Source of the DNA: a virus
Taxonomy: Duplodnaviria > Caudoviricetes
Strand: one strand, 5' to 3'
Length of the DNA: 48,089 nt
Virus record (IMG/VR): IMGVR_UViG_3300037722_000690
Span: 1 to 48,089 of that record
In this document: in pieces, positions 8,156 to 17,114 of the stretch
Numbering within the stretch: position 1 is the first letter of the stretch
How the letters are laid out: every line of letters begins with the position of its first letter
Translations under genes and position numbers: made by a program
The notes under the pieces: generated by a model
What the model was told of the DNA's origin: nothing
Databases searched by the model: none
The model's input: only the letters and a program-made list of their open reading frames with translations

Positions 8156-10627
8156 GTGAGAATAATTGAGAGTCTGAAAGTAATAAATTGCGGGGTGCTC
8201 GGTACCCGATCCCTCAAGTTTACAGAAGGGTTCAACGTCGTTCGCGGGGCCAACGAAGCGGGCAAGAGCACGGTCCTTGAAGCGATCGGCATCGCCTTCT
8301 TTGGCAATTCCGCCATGCGTGGCACCTGGGAGGACTTGGTAACCGATGGAGAGAAGGTCGGCAGCCTACTTATTGAGCTGCACTTTGACCAGTACACAAT
8401 CAAAAGATCCCAGTCGTCGGCCTCTGTTGTCAGCGACGACGGCCAAGTCAAAATCGCCGGCCACAACGACGTCACCGCCTTCTTCCTCCGGTTGTTTGGT
8501 CTTGAGAAAGGCACTGAGTCTTACATTATGATAGCAAAGCAAGGCGCTATCCAGGGGATCTTGGAGTCGGGGGCCACCGACGCTACCAAGTTTATTGAGA
8601 ACCTGGCTGGCTTTGAGCAGATCGATAACTTAGTGGCTCGGATGAAAAAGAAGTATCCAGTCGTGGACAAACAGGCCTTAGAGCAACAGCTACTATCCCT
8701 CGAAGTCAAACTGGATAACAAACTTGCCGAAGAGCTGCCGGATGTTGCTACGGATAAAGCTGATCTGCAGGGGAAGCAGGACAAGCAGCGAATAGCTCAA
8801 GGCAGGGTTGACCTTGCAGTGTCGGACATCAATAAGTTGTCCAGCCAATTAGAGACGCTCAAGGAACAACAACAGATTTTCCGGGAAACAACAGCCACGA
8901 CCAGGTCCCAACAGGTCTTTGTCGATGATCTGAAGACAACCCAAACGGGATTCGCTGCTGAGATTGATAGCCTGAAGGTAAGTGTCAATGACTCAAAAGA
9001 AAAGTTGGCGGCAGCTCAAGCCTTCCTTGACCAAGTGGTCAGGAACCAAGCCGACTTCGCCAGCTACGAGAAGGTCAGGGACTTCAAATACTGCGAGGAA
9101 ACCTGGGACGAGGACTTCGATTCTCTTACGGCAGCGCTGTCGGTAGAGAAGTCTTCCTTAATTGCCTTGGAAGCTCAGGTCAAAGCCAACGACAAGAAGA
9201 TTACCCAGCTGGAAACAGCAACCCCGGTGAGTGATCAATTGACCGCCTTGACTGTGAAAAGAGACGACTTAGTGCAGCAACAGGCAGTCCTTAAGGCCAT
9301 GACTGAGGACAGCGAGGAGGTAAAGAGGATCAAGGAGGCCTTGATTGAGAACGAGCAGGTTACAGCTGTTGCCAAGTCCAAATGGATAGAAGAAAAAGTA
9401 TGCCCGACCTGTGGGACAGATCTCGAGGAGAAGGCCGCTGCAGTCAACGAAGCCGTTGGTATGGAGCTGGCCGTCTTAGGCGAAGATAAGCATGTGCTTA
9501 AAGGGTGCTTAGAATCTGCCTATAAGATCCAAAAAGAAAATAGGTCCCAGCAGGAGAAGGACCTGAACAATGAGTACACGAAGACGATCAGGAAACTGGA
9601 GACAGTAATAGCAGCGCTCAAAGTCGCTAATGACAATGAGATCAAGAAAATTGAGGCTCTCACCAGTGAGCTGCAGCTACAGATAGCCGACTCCAAAACA
9701 ACCATCCAATCTATGGAGGGCATAATCGACTGCCAAAGCAGGGTCGAGGAGCTTTTGGAGAGTGTTGCGGACAAGGTCACTGTAGACAAGACGCTGTATC
9801 CTTGGATTTTGTCCTGGGCTGGAGTGGCACCACAACAACCCGACCAGGACCAGGTCACTCAAGCCAATAACGACGTGGTCTTCTGCCAGGACATGGCTTC
9901 GCAGTTGAAGTCCAAGAATGAGCAGTACCAGAAGTGCTGCAATGATATAAAAATTGCAGAGGAGAAACTTGTTGTCCTGCAGGAAGCTTTATCCGAGCTT
10001 GTGGATCATACAGACAGCATAGACGATGCGGTTGCGAAGATAGCTGCAGCGAAATTGGAGTTGTCCGATCTGCAAGTTGTTTTGCAGGGCTGTATAGAAG
10101 AGGTCAGCGCCGCCGCTACTAAGCTTGCCCTGGACGAGCAGGCGGTCAGGACCCACGCCGAGGCTGTGCTGGAGATAAAGGGGGATATTAAAGTGGTGCA
10201 GGGCAGCATACTGGCTTCTGCAGAAAACAATGGCCTGCACCGCGCTGTTGCCGACGCCCGGGGCGTGGTGGTTGAAGGGGTTTGGAACAAATTGTTCGCC
10301 GTAACCAACGAATGCTTCTCCCAGATCCGAGGTACAGTTTCTGATATCACCAGGGATGGAAAATTATTTCGCGTAAATAATATGAAGACGGTAAGGCTGT
10401 CCGGATCGACGTTGGACTCCCTTGGCTTGGCTATGAGGGCAGCTATTCGGGATATTTTTGCACCGGCTACGGACTTCGTTTTACTCGACGAAATTGCTGC
10501 TGGCGCTGACCCGACAAGAACAGCGGCAATGATGGCACAAGTGGCTTGTTTGAACGTTGGGCAGAAGATTCTGGTAACTCATGAAGAAATTAGTGATAGC
10601 CTGGCAAACAACATTGTGGAGGTTTGA
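8156..10627 (+). CDS. SbcC/Rad50-like SMC ATPase (T5 D13-like)
   Basis: Walker A GANEAGKS, long coiled coil, zinc hook CPTC, signature LSGS, Walker B VLLDE, H-loop VTH. Confidence 0.93.
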   Translation: MRIIESLKVINCGVLGTRSLKFTEGFNVVRGANEAGKSTVLEAIGIAFFGNSAMRGTWEDLVTDGEKVGSLLIELHFDQYTIKRSQSSASVVSDDGQVKIAGHNDVTAFFLRLFGLEKGTESYIMIAKQGAIQGILESGATDATKFIENLAGFEQIDNLVARMKKKYPVVDKQALEQQLLSLEVKLDNKLAEELPDVATDKADLQGKQDKQRIAQGRVDLAVSDINKLSSQLETLKEQQQIFRETTATTRSQQVFVDDLKTTQTGFAAEIDSLKVSVNDSKEKLAAAQAFLDQVVRNQADFASYEKVRDFKYCEETWDEDFDSLTAALSVEKSSLIALEAQVKANDKKITQLETATPVSDQLTALTVKRDDLVQQQAVLKAMTEDSEEVKRIKEALIENEQVTAVAKSKWIEEKVCPTCGTDLEEKAAAVNEAVGMELAVLGEDKHVLKGCLESAYKIQKENRSQQEKDLNNEYTKTIRKLETVIAALKVANDNEIKKIEALTSELQLQIADSKTTIQSMEGIIDCQSRVEELLESVADKVTVDKTLYPWILSWAGVAPQQPDQDQVTQANNDVVFCQDMASQLKSKNEQYQKCCNDIKIAEEKLVVLQEALSELVDHTDSIDDAVAKIAAAKLELSDLQVVLQGCIEEVSAAATKLALDEQAVRTHAEAVLEIKGDIKVVQGSILASAENNGLHRAVADARGVVVEGVWNKLFAVTNECFSQIRGTVSDITRDGKLFRVNNMKTVRLSGSTLDSLGLAMRAAIRDIFAPATDFVLLDEIAAGADPTRTAAMMAQVACLNVGQKILVTHEEISDSLANNIVEV

Positions 10628-10629
10628 TT

Positions 10630-10982
10630 ATGACAACAGAACAGAACAGAGCGCTATTAGAAAATTTGGAACTTGGGCAAAAACAGAGTGTGACGAATGT
10701 GGGTGCGAGTTCCAAGTTACCCGTACGCATGAAAGAGAATTTGTTGGTAAATTAATATGTGGTGATTGTGAAACATGGGACAGGGCGTATAAAGAAGGAT
10801 TCAGCGATGGCGCCAGAATGCTTGAAACTCTACCCCTCGGGGAGCAGAAAGCCTCGATACTCATTGGCAGGATGGCAACTGGCAATGTAATAATTCAGGC
10901 TGATGGGAAGTTCGTTGAAATCCCTAAACAGTGGCTTAAAGAAACGGCGTTAGGGGTTATTTCTTGTATGGCTGATATTTAA
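10630..10982 (+). pseudogene. Zinc-finger protein gene, apparently frameshifted near its start
   Basis: GGAGG RBS and ATG at 10630 are out of frame with the CDEC...CGDC body ending at 10982; (ACAGA)3 at 10636-10650 and an A5 run at 10679-10683 lie between them. Confidence 0.5.
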
Positions 10983-11243
10983 ATGAGGTGTGAAGTGAGC
11001 AGGAAAGAATATAAAGTAAATATAATAGGCAGCAGGAACCCAGCATTAGTGGCCTATGAAGTACTTAAAAGCATGAAGGTAGACATTAATGAGCAGACGT
11101 TTAGGGAGGTCGCAGAGATTTGTGGGGATAAGGAAGGGAGCTTTATCGTCTCCACCTACGAGGATCTGCTGGCATTAATTGAGTTGGGTGGGTTCTCGAT
11201 AGTGGTCGAGGACGGAATTTATAAAGCAAGAATGGAGGAGTGA
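10983..11243 (+). CDS. Hypothetical protein
   Basis: ORF abutting its neighbours; alternative GTG start at 10995 after GAGGTG. Confidence 0.6.
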   Translation: MRCEVSRKEYKVNIIGSRNPALVAYEVLKSMKVDINEQTFREVAEICGDKEGSFIVSTYEDLLALIELGGFSIVVEDGIYKARMEE

Positions 11244-11749
11244 TGAAACTGTACCGATTTGTAGATCAGGGATGGAACGCTCCGGTTTACCTCGAGACTT
11301 TCGAAGTGACCAAGGAGACGCCTGCAGGGTACTGGATTGAGGACTACACTACCAAGAATGGTAAGCGTTGGGTGTCAAAGACCGGTTTCAAGCGCTACGC
11401 CTACGTCGAGAAGAAGGGCGCGGCTGAAAGCTACGTCAAAAGGAAACACCGCCAAATTAACATACTCACGACCAAGCTGGATCAGGCCAAGGATAACCTC
11501 AGCTTCTTTGAGAAGAATCAGGAGAAGCTTGTTGCCGAGGAGCCCGTTCGGCTTATCGGGTGGGACAATGGAGGTAAAGATAGTACGGTTGTGATGACGG
11601 GTACAGCTACCAAAGAGGCGGCTACTAATTTGATTAAGTACCACCTCTCTGTTGAGGCTGCGCGGATCGAGCCCCATACCTGTGTAGATGACGGTGGGTT
11701 TCTACTTGGGGTTTGTAAAATATGTGGCGAACTATTGAGTTGGCCTTAA
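11240..11749 (+). CDS. Hypothetical phage protein
   Basis: GGAGG RBS; VTKETPAGYWI...KRWVSK...KRYAY segment; C-terminal Cys pair. Confidence 0.7.
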   Translation: MMKLYRFVDQGWNAPVYLETFEVTKETPAGYWIEDYTTKNGKRWVSKTGFKRYAYVEKKGAAESYVKRKHRQINILTTKLDQAKDNLSFFEKNQEKLVAEEPVRLIGWDNGGKDSTVVMTGTATKEAATNLIKYHLSVEAARIEPHTCVDDGGFLLGVCKICGELLSWP

Positions 11750-11766
11750 TAAAGGAGGAATAAGAA

Positions 11767-12012
11767 ATGAAACTAAAAGAGATAAGAGGAATCCTGAATA
11801 ACCCTAGTGATATGGAAAACGTAGCTGAAGCCAAGTTGGCTGCTTACGAGTTGGTCTCAGAGCTGGAGGATCTCATAGGTGACAGGTGTCAAGTTTGTGG
11901 TAAGCCTGCTGTCTGGTATGTCAAAAGCTTTACTGATTGTGAGCATACAAATGGGCTGAGTTCTAGGACATTCGGTGAGACAGAGGTGTTTTGTCCGGAG
12001 TGCAAGCCATGA
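11767..12012 (+). CDS. Hypothetical zinc-finger protein
   Basis: AAGGAGG RBS; CQVC...CPEC. Confidence 0.65.
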   Translation: MKLKEIRGILNNPSDMENVAEAKLAAYELVSELEDLIGDRCQVCGKPAVWYVKSFTDCEHTNGLSSRTFGETEVFCPECKP

Positions 12013-12320
12013 AACGTACACACGAAAAGACCCTAAGACGCCCTGATGGCAGTAGAGTAAGAATTATTGTAGAAGTAGGCGTGGGTGCCTATCACAATCA
12101 ATTGGATTACTCCCACAGGGTTGAAACTTGCGCCAAAGGTAAGAGAACTTGGACGCAGCCTTTTGATACGGACGCATATAACTACAGGCGTATGGGAGAT
12201 CAGGAGAGGGAGCGGCATAGAGCAGACTCCATTCGTATGGTGGCAACCGACGAAGAAATACTCGCCGCTAAAATGGAGTTGTGGCAGTCAATAAAACCAA
12301 CAATTAAACAGGAGCAATAA
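12009..12320 (+). CDS. Hypothetical protein
   Basis: ATG at 12009 overlaps the previous stop (ATGA) and follows GGAG; in frame with ORF 11991-12320. Confidence 0.65.
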   Translation: MKRTHEKTLRRPDGSRVRIIVEVGVGAYHNQLDYSHRVETCAKGKRTWTQPFDTDAYNYRRMGDQERERHRADSIRMVATDEEILAAKMELWQSIKPTIKQEQ

Positions 12321-12323
12321 GAA

Positions 12324-13730
12324 ATGAAGAGAATTTTGGAGCAGATAGCAGAGATCAACGCAGCGAATAAAGCAGGTAAACGTAAACTGGTCCTTGAGTA
12401 CATGCAGGGCAAGGACTTTAACCGCTTCATGCGGTATTGTCTGGACGACTCTCTCACTTTTAATGCTACAAGAGTCGCAGCCACCACACCTATCGAGGGC
12501 GACTTCTACGACAAGCTCGACGAACTGAACCTTAAGGGGTCAGCCAGTAAAGCGGATAAGGAAGAGCTGGCTAGTCTTGGCAGCCAGTCGCCAGAGCACC
12601 TCGAGGTCCTTAACAAGATCCTACGGAAGAATCCGGACTGCGGCTTTTCGGCTAAGTCACTCCACGCTATCTTGCCTGGGGAAATCGCGTATTATCCTTA
12701 CCAGCGTTGCAGCACGGATAAGGAGTTGGACAGAATATTCAACACACCTACAAGTAGTGGAGAACATTACGCATTCTCAGAGCTTAAAGAGAACGGGCTC
12801 TTTATCCGGATCAAAATCCCTACTGGTGGCAAACCGATCTTTGAATCCCGCAACGGCAAGGTCTTTGACTTCGGCGACCAATTCGACGCCAACTTCCTTG
12901 CCCTAGACCCAGGTATGCTCGACGTCGACGGTGCGGACTTCGAGATGTTCGAATCCGGTGTGGTTTTTGAGGGTGAGGCCCTGGTCCTTAGGGAGAAAGT
13001 TGTGGACGGCGTATATCCTTGGCTGCCGAGAACAACAGGCAATGGGATTACAAATAAGTTCCAAGGAGGTTATGGCAGTCAGGAGGAACTCAGCCGCATC
13101 GGGTTCTCAATATGGAACTGCCTGCCGTACAACGACTGTATCGACGGCTATAACCCGCTCACTGTGGAGCAACGTCGGGAATGCGTGGCGCAGCTGATCG
13201 ATGCCGCCACTATCGATTACGACATCATTCACCAGACGGAAACCAAGAAGGTTTTTTCTAAGGACGCAGCCTGGGATCACTACTATGAGATCCGCTCTCG
13301 TCCGGTACCAGAAGGCGAAGAGCCGCTGGAGGGCGCTGTCTGGAAGCATGCGGATGAAGTCTGGCGGGACGGCACCAGCCTACTGATGGCCAAGGGTAAG
13401 AGCGTCAAAGAGTGTGAGGTAGAAATATTTGGCTGGGAGAAAGGCAAGCCAGGTGGCAAGTACGAGAACGTCCTTGGCTCTCTCCACATCCGCAGTTCCT
13501 GTGGTGGGCTGGTCGGCAAGTGTTCCGGCATGACTGATGCCATGCGGAACGAGGATCCGGAAACCTTCGTAGGGAAGATTTGTACGGTGAAGTTTAATGC
13601 CGTGTCCCAGTCTGAGGACGCGAGGAAGGCCAGGTCCTTCGACCACGCGAGATTTGTAGAGTGTCGCCCGGACAAGGTTGTTGCTGACGACCTCGAGTAT
13701 ATTTTGAAAGTAAAATCAAAGAAGAGGTAG
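12324..13730 (+). CDS. lig: ATP-dependent DNA ligase (T4 gp30-like)
   Basis: Motif I ELKENG, SRNGK, motif III FEGE, motif IV EGAVWK, motif V AKGK; OB domain with G-SG and motif VI ECRPDK. Confidence 0.9.
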   Translation: MKRILEQIAEINAANKAGKRKLVLEYMQGKDFNRFMRYCLDDSLTFNATRVAATTPIEGDFYDKLDELNLKGSASKADKEELASLGSQSPEHLEVLNKILRKNPDCGFSAKSLHAILPGEIAYYPYQRCSTDKELDRIFNTPTSSGEHYAFSELKENGLFIRIKIPTGGKPIFESRNGKVFDFGDQFDANFLALDPGMLDVDGADFEMFESGVVFEGEALVLREKVVDGVYPWLPRTTGNGITNKFQGGYGSQEELSRIGFSIWNCLPYNDCIDGYNPLTVEQRRECVAQLIDAATIDYDIIHQTETKKVFSKDAAWDHYYEIRSRPVPEGEEPLEGAVWKHADEVWRDGTSLLMAKGKSVKECEVEIFGWEKGKPGGKYENVLGSLHIRSSCGGLVGKCSGMTDAMRNEDPETFVGKICTVKFNAVSQSEDARKARSFDHARFVECRPDKVVADDLEYILKVKSKKR

Positions 13731-13733
13731 CCA

Positions 13734-13928
13734 ATGCATGAACCAAGTCCAGAACACACCGCCTTATTCAACATGCTTAAGGAGCAGCTGCTGATCGTGT
13801 TCCTTAAGAGAATGGGCGGCGCTGTAGAGGTCCCTCTGGAAGAGCTGAACGACACCGGTCAGGACTTGTTCCTGATGCGGGTTGACGAGGACAACAGCTT
13901 TCACTTCAGCTTAACCAAAAAGAATTAA
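13734..13928 (+). CDS. Hypothetical protein
   Basis: GAGG RBS; last gene of the + strand arm. Confidence 0.6.
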   Translation: MHEPSPEHTALFNMLKEQLLIVFLKRMGGAVEVPLEELNDTGQDLFLMRVDEDNSFHFSLTKKN

Positions 13929-13935
13929 AATAACT

Positions 13936-13961
13936 GCAAGGGCTTATCCTCAAGCCCCTGC
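13936..13961. terminator. Hairpin at the junction of the convergent arms
   Basis: GCAAGGGCTT-ATCCTC-AAGCCCCTGC between the stop codons at 13928 and 13962; T-rich tail on the - strand. Confidence 0.55.
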
Positions 13962-15143
13962 CTATAATGGGTACATTTCCAGGATCTCACCTAAAGTAAT
14001 TTCCCTGCCACCATACCTCCCGTGGGTGTGGTGCCACAGGTTGGCACTGGTTGCTCGGCAGGAGGTGTAGGCGCCTTCAATGCTGTAGGCTTCCTGTGCT
14101 GCCAAGGTCGGGAACCTCTCGACGATAACACCGTCCTCCTCTGATAACATATCCGGCGTCTTCCGGCCCCGCTTATGCAAATGCCCCATCCGAACCATAA
14201 CCCTCTCGACGTCGACGTCGCGGGCGAGGCCTCTGCGGATAACCTGTTGCATGGCATAGGGCGCGATCCGCTTTTCGTTGACGTCACCGTGGGTGGCCAT
14301 AAAGACAGTATTGCCCCAGGTGTAGAACCGGTGTTTCTCAGGGGATATATCGATTGTAATCTTTTCGCAATTCCGGAAATGTGCGTACAGCTGGATTGTC
14401 AGTTGTAGGGCTGCGTGATAGTCGTGGTTACCAGAAAGGACTATGACGTGGACTTCTTCAGCGAATTGCGCGGCGATCTCTATGCACGATACCGAGGTCT
14501 CATACGAGCACCAGATTATCTTTGCGAACCGGGTGTCGGTGTCTACGATATTGTGTGACTTCTCTGTAGACCCGCTTCGGTTGTCCGCTGTCTGGTTGTC
14601 ACCGCCCAGGATTATCACGGCTCTTTTCACTGGGCCGAATGAGGCGAACAGGATCTTACCGGCGGATACCTGTAAGTGCCGGGAAATCTTGTGGTCGTAG
14701 TCGTTGCCGGTTTCTTTAGCCCAGGCCAGCATGCCGTGATGGGCGTCGAACACCGGCCATTCAAGCATTAAATTTTTATTGCAGTTACTGACCGGTGGAA
14801 GGGTAAGGCTGCTGATGGGGATACGTTCTGACAGGAACTTAGCCAACTCCTCGGTAGATAACATCGGGGCTACTCTGTCCCATTGCTGTATGACTCCGCC
14901 GTTCTTGTGGTGGACTGTAGACTTGGTACACTCCCAACCAACAGGAGCTACAGGAGAGAAGTTGTCAGGGGCAAAATTAACACCCTTCTTATGGGTGAGC
15001 CAGAGAGTTGTTCGGAGTGCAGCCCTGCTCACTCCCAATTGATTCGCCGCTCGACTCTCGGACTCCTCACACTCAAAATAAGCCTTGGCATGGGCCAGCT
15101 GAACCTCTGTCAACGTTTCCGGGTATTTATCTGGAGCCGTCAT
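13962..15143 (-). CDS. Calcineurin-like metallophosphoesterase with N-terminal HTH
   Basis: DAHHG, GGD, GNHD, THGD and GHLH motifs; N-terminal SRAANQLGVSRAAL helix-turn-helix. Confidence 0.8.
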   Translation of the reverse strand: MTAPDKYPETLTEVQLAHAKAYFECEESESRAANQLGVSRAALRTTLWLTHKKGVNFAPDNFSPVAPVGWECTKSTVHHKNGGVIQQWDRVAPMLSTEELAKFLSERIPISSLTLPPVSNCNKNLMLEWPVFDAHHGMLAWAKETGNDYDHKISRHLQVSAGKILFASFGPVKRAVIILGGDNQTADNRSGSTEKSHNIVDTDTRFAKIIWCSYETSVSCIEIAAQFAEEVHVIVLSGNHDYHAALQLTIQLYAHFRNCEKITIDISPEKHRFYTWGNTVFMATHGDVNEKRIAPYAMQQVIRRGLARDVDVERVMVRMGHLHKRGRKTPDMLSEEDGVIVERFPTLAAQEAYSIEGAYTSCRATSANLWHHTHGRYGGREITLGEILEMYPL

Positions 15144-15149
15144 TCAAGC

Positions 15150-15638
15150 CTATTGGGAAGACAAAACAAGCCTAGTATAATCGTTCTTGTATTTCGCTGG
15201 GGTACCACTACCACCCGCGTTGTAAAAATCTGAACAGTACTCAGCCATCTCATCGATGTCGCTTGGAAGCTTGCCAGGACACATCAACAGCTTTAGACGG
15301 CACATTATGGTTGAGTAAATATGGTTATACTGCATTTGCAAGGGGTTTGGTCCAGTGACTCCACACAAAGACTTTATCCTTTGGGCTAAGCCTTTGTTGT
15401 ACCTAAGGTAGTTTTCCCAGATGTCGATCTCTGTTCTGTGCCGGCCGTACTTGTCTCTGCCGCACTCCATACCGTAGAGGCCGCGGGCAGGACCACCGCC
15501 TATCTGCTGCAGATGGGTGCCCAATAGGGACTCGTGTGCAGATATCATCAGGCCCATGTTCTCGGCTTCCTGGGACCACTTATTAAGCGGGCGCAAAGAA
15601 AATTTACTTAAATCCCGTAGGCACCCAACTGCGAACAT
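15150..15638 (-). CDS. Endolysin, lysozyme-like fold
   Basis: ISAHES...LQQIGGGPARGLYGME with catalytic Glu and a GLY/FQ-type motif; YN near the C-terminus; located in the lysis cassette. Confidence 0.75.
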   Translation of the reverse strand: MFAVGCLRDLSKFSLRPLNKWSQEAENMGLMISAHESLLGTHLQQIGGGPARGLYGMECGRDKYGRHRTEIDIWENYLRYNKGLAQRIKSLCGVTGPNPLQMQYNHIYSTIMCRLKLLMCPGKLPSDIDEMAEYCSDFYNAGGSGTPAKYKNDYTRLVLSSQ

Positions 15639-15830
15639 TTAATTACCCCTAAAAAGAGTTGGCACATGTCGCCTCGTTGTTATAGACTTGAGAGTGGTGT
15701 CCATACAATCAGGACATATACCATGGCTAATATGTAAGTAAGGGCAGGTAGGGAGGAAGCGGCGATGCCGCCCGTCGATGGCTACAAATTTGAGGCACAT
15801 GCAGCATTGGCGGAGAAGGATTTTACTCAT
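15639..15830 (-). CDS. Small Cys-rich hypothetical protein
   Basis: CCMC...ISHGICPDC; overlaps or abuts both neighbours. Confidence 0.55.
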   Translation of the reverse strand: MSKILLRQCCMCLKFVAIDGRHRRFLPTCPYLHISHGICPDCMDTTLKSITTRRHVPTLFRGN

Positions 15831-16095
15831 GCTTTTTCCTAGGGCAACAATCGTTCTGGCAGTCTCTCAAAGCAGCCCAAATTAAATCATCACCAGACCG
15901 CCCCTCGGTCTTTACTTCTTTTATTACGCTCCTAAGATCCCGCCACATAAAGCCTAGAACAACAACGAGTGCGCCACCGACGGTCGCTAAAATAGGCCAG
16001 TCTGACGCCCCTGTGATTGTATACGCCTGGCCCTGCATGGCGGAGGCTATTTTATCAAGGGCCTCGAGCAACATTCTTGTCTGGTCTGGATTCAT
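15823..16095 (-). CDS. Single-TM membrane protein, possibly lysis-related
   Basis: TM segment WPILATVGGALVVVLGFMW; ATGA overlap with the upstream gene; GGGAG RBS. Confidence 0.6.
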   Translation of the reverse strand: MNPDQTRMLLEALDKIASAMQGQAYTITGASDWPILATVGGALVVVLGFMWRDLRSVIKEVKTEGRSGDDLIWAALRDCQNDCCPRKKHE

Positions 16096-16490
16096 TTTTC
16101 TCCCTTAATTCCCCAAAATACACCAGCCCCTATGGTGTCGACGGCGTTATAATAAGTCACAGCCCGATAATTCCTTAGGTGCTCCAGAACACAGCTATCC
16201 GATCTTTCTTTAATGACGGTCAGCAAATTATGCAGGAGAACACTATTGGAATAATGGAACCCGCCCCAGGTCGCCTCGCACACCTCCCACATAACGTCAT
16301 GTATGTGGCAGGGTACAGAAACTGGGAGGCCAAGCATAGTGTCAGGGACAACAATATTCCCAAAGCCTGGACCGGGACCGCACCTTGGGGGGTACTTATT
16401 GAAAGTATTCTGAAGAAACTCCATAGGTCTGCCTGATATAACGGGCACAACCAAGGCGACCCCGTCGAAGACTACGACCTCGGTAATCAT
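16092..16490 (-). CDS. Protein with a phospholipase A2-like CGPG...CxxHD motif
   Basis: RCGPGPG...PCHIHD; ATGA overlaps on both sides. Confidence 0.5.
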   Translation of the reverse strand: MITEVVVFDGVALVVPVISGRPMEFLQNTFNKYPPRCGPGPGFGNIVVPDTMLGLPVSVPCHIHDVMWEVCEATWGGFHYSNSVLLHNLLTVIKERSDSCVLEHLRNYRAVTYYNAVDTIGAGVFWGIKGEK

Positions 16491-16729
16491 ATTTTTTTCG
16501 AAGAGGCTTTAGTGATGTACAAGTTTATTCCCACCATGATGGCGATCATGGCCTCTGTAGCAGTGGACAGCATCTCCGGTGGCATGCTGTATTCCGGAGC
16601 CGCGTACTTAATGGCGAGCAGAATCAAGCCGCCTACTGCGTTGGTGAGTAACTGTCCCTTCTTCCATGAAGCGGGGTCTTTTAGTTCATCGCCGTATCTT
16701 GCCGCTTTGAGCAAGTCAAGGAGTATCAT
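16487..16729 (-). CDS. Holin-like membrane protein
   Basis: 80 aa, two hydrophobic helices, basic C-terminus, GAGGG RBS; first gene of the lysis cassette. Confidence 0.6.
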   Translation of the reverse strand: MILLDLLKAARYGDELKDPASWKKGQLLTNAVGGLILLAIKYAAPEYSMPPEMLSTATEAMIAIMVGINLYITKASSKKI

Positions 16730-16950
16730 ATTTCCCTCACTATATTCATTTTATCCGCTCTTTAACTCTCTTCCACATTCTGCTTAAAACCTTAAATGGT
16801 ATTGTAATTTTTAATACAATAGGCCTGCCCTTGATCCCCTTCATTAATTGGAATACCGTTAGCATCTGTCAGAGTTTCCATATAGTTTAGCTATAGTTAA
16901 AATAATATACCACGCCTAACTTTTTAAGGTTAACACAACAATTAAGCGGT

Positions 16951-16966
16951 GTAAACTAAATAGTTT
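16951..16966. promoter_or_regulatory. Repeated palindromic motif GTAAACTAAATAGTTT, copy 1
   Basis: Exact 16-bp match to 20074-20089; core AAACTA-AA-TAGTTT is an inverted repeat; TACCACGCYTAA lies upstream of both copies. Confidence 0.55.
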
Positions 16967-16987
16967 AACAAACTAAGGTGTCAATAG

Positions 16988-17068
16988 GACAACGCGGATG
17001 ACAACGCGGATGACAACGCGGATGACAACGCGGATGACAACGCGGATGACAACGCGGATGACAACGCG
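16988..17068 (+). repeat. 12-bp tandem repeat GACAACGCGGAT, six full copies plus a 9-bp partial
   Basis: Units start at 16988, 17000, 17012, 17024, 17036 and 17048; partial at 17060. Confidence 0.97.
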
Positions 17069-17114
17069 AACTCTGACTCCGCTTATCAAGGTTCGAGCCC
17101 TTGTCCCCCAGCCA
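17060..17114 (+). pseudogene. 5'-truncated tRNA-Gln(CTG)
   Basis: Anticodon arm GCGAA-CTCTGAC-TCCGC with CTG at 17073-17075; T arm CAAGG-TTCGAGC-CCTTG; 3' end TCCCCCA-G-CCA typical of tRNA-Gln; no TGGGGGA 5' acceptor strand upstream. Confidence 0.8.

Noticed and set aside
16855-16900. Candidate right motif for the third cassette (GGAAAC / GATGCTAAC on the - strand)
   Set aside because: Only short partial matches, in the wrong order and without the CTGA/TCAG inner stem.
16988-17068. Possible CRISPR array
   Set aside because: Units are 12 bp and directly adjacent, with no spacers and no cas genes.
17066-17082. Possible amber suppressor tRNA or recoded genome
   Set aside because: The anticodon is CTG, not CTA. 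Genes ending in TAG abut their neighbours normally and long ORFs are intact under the standard code.
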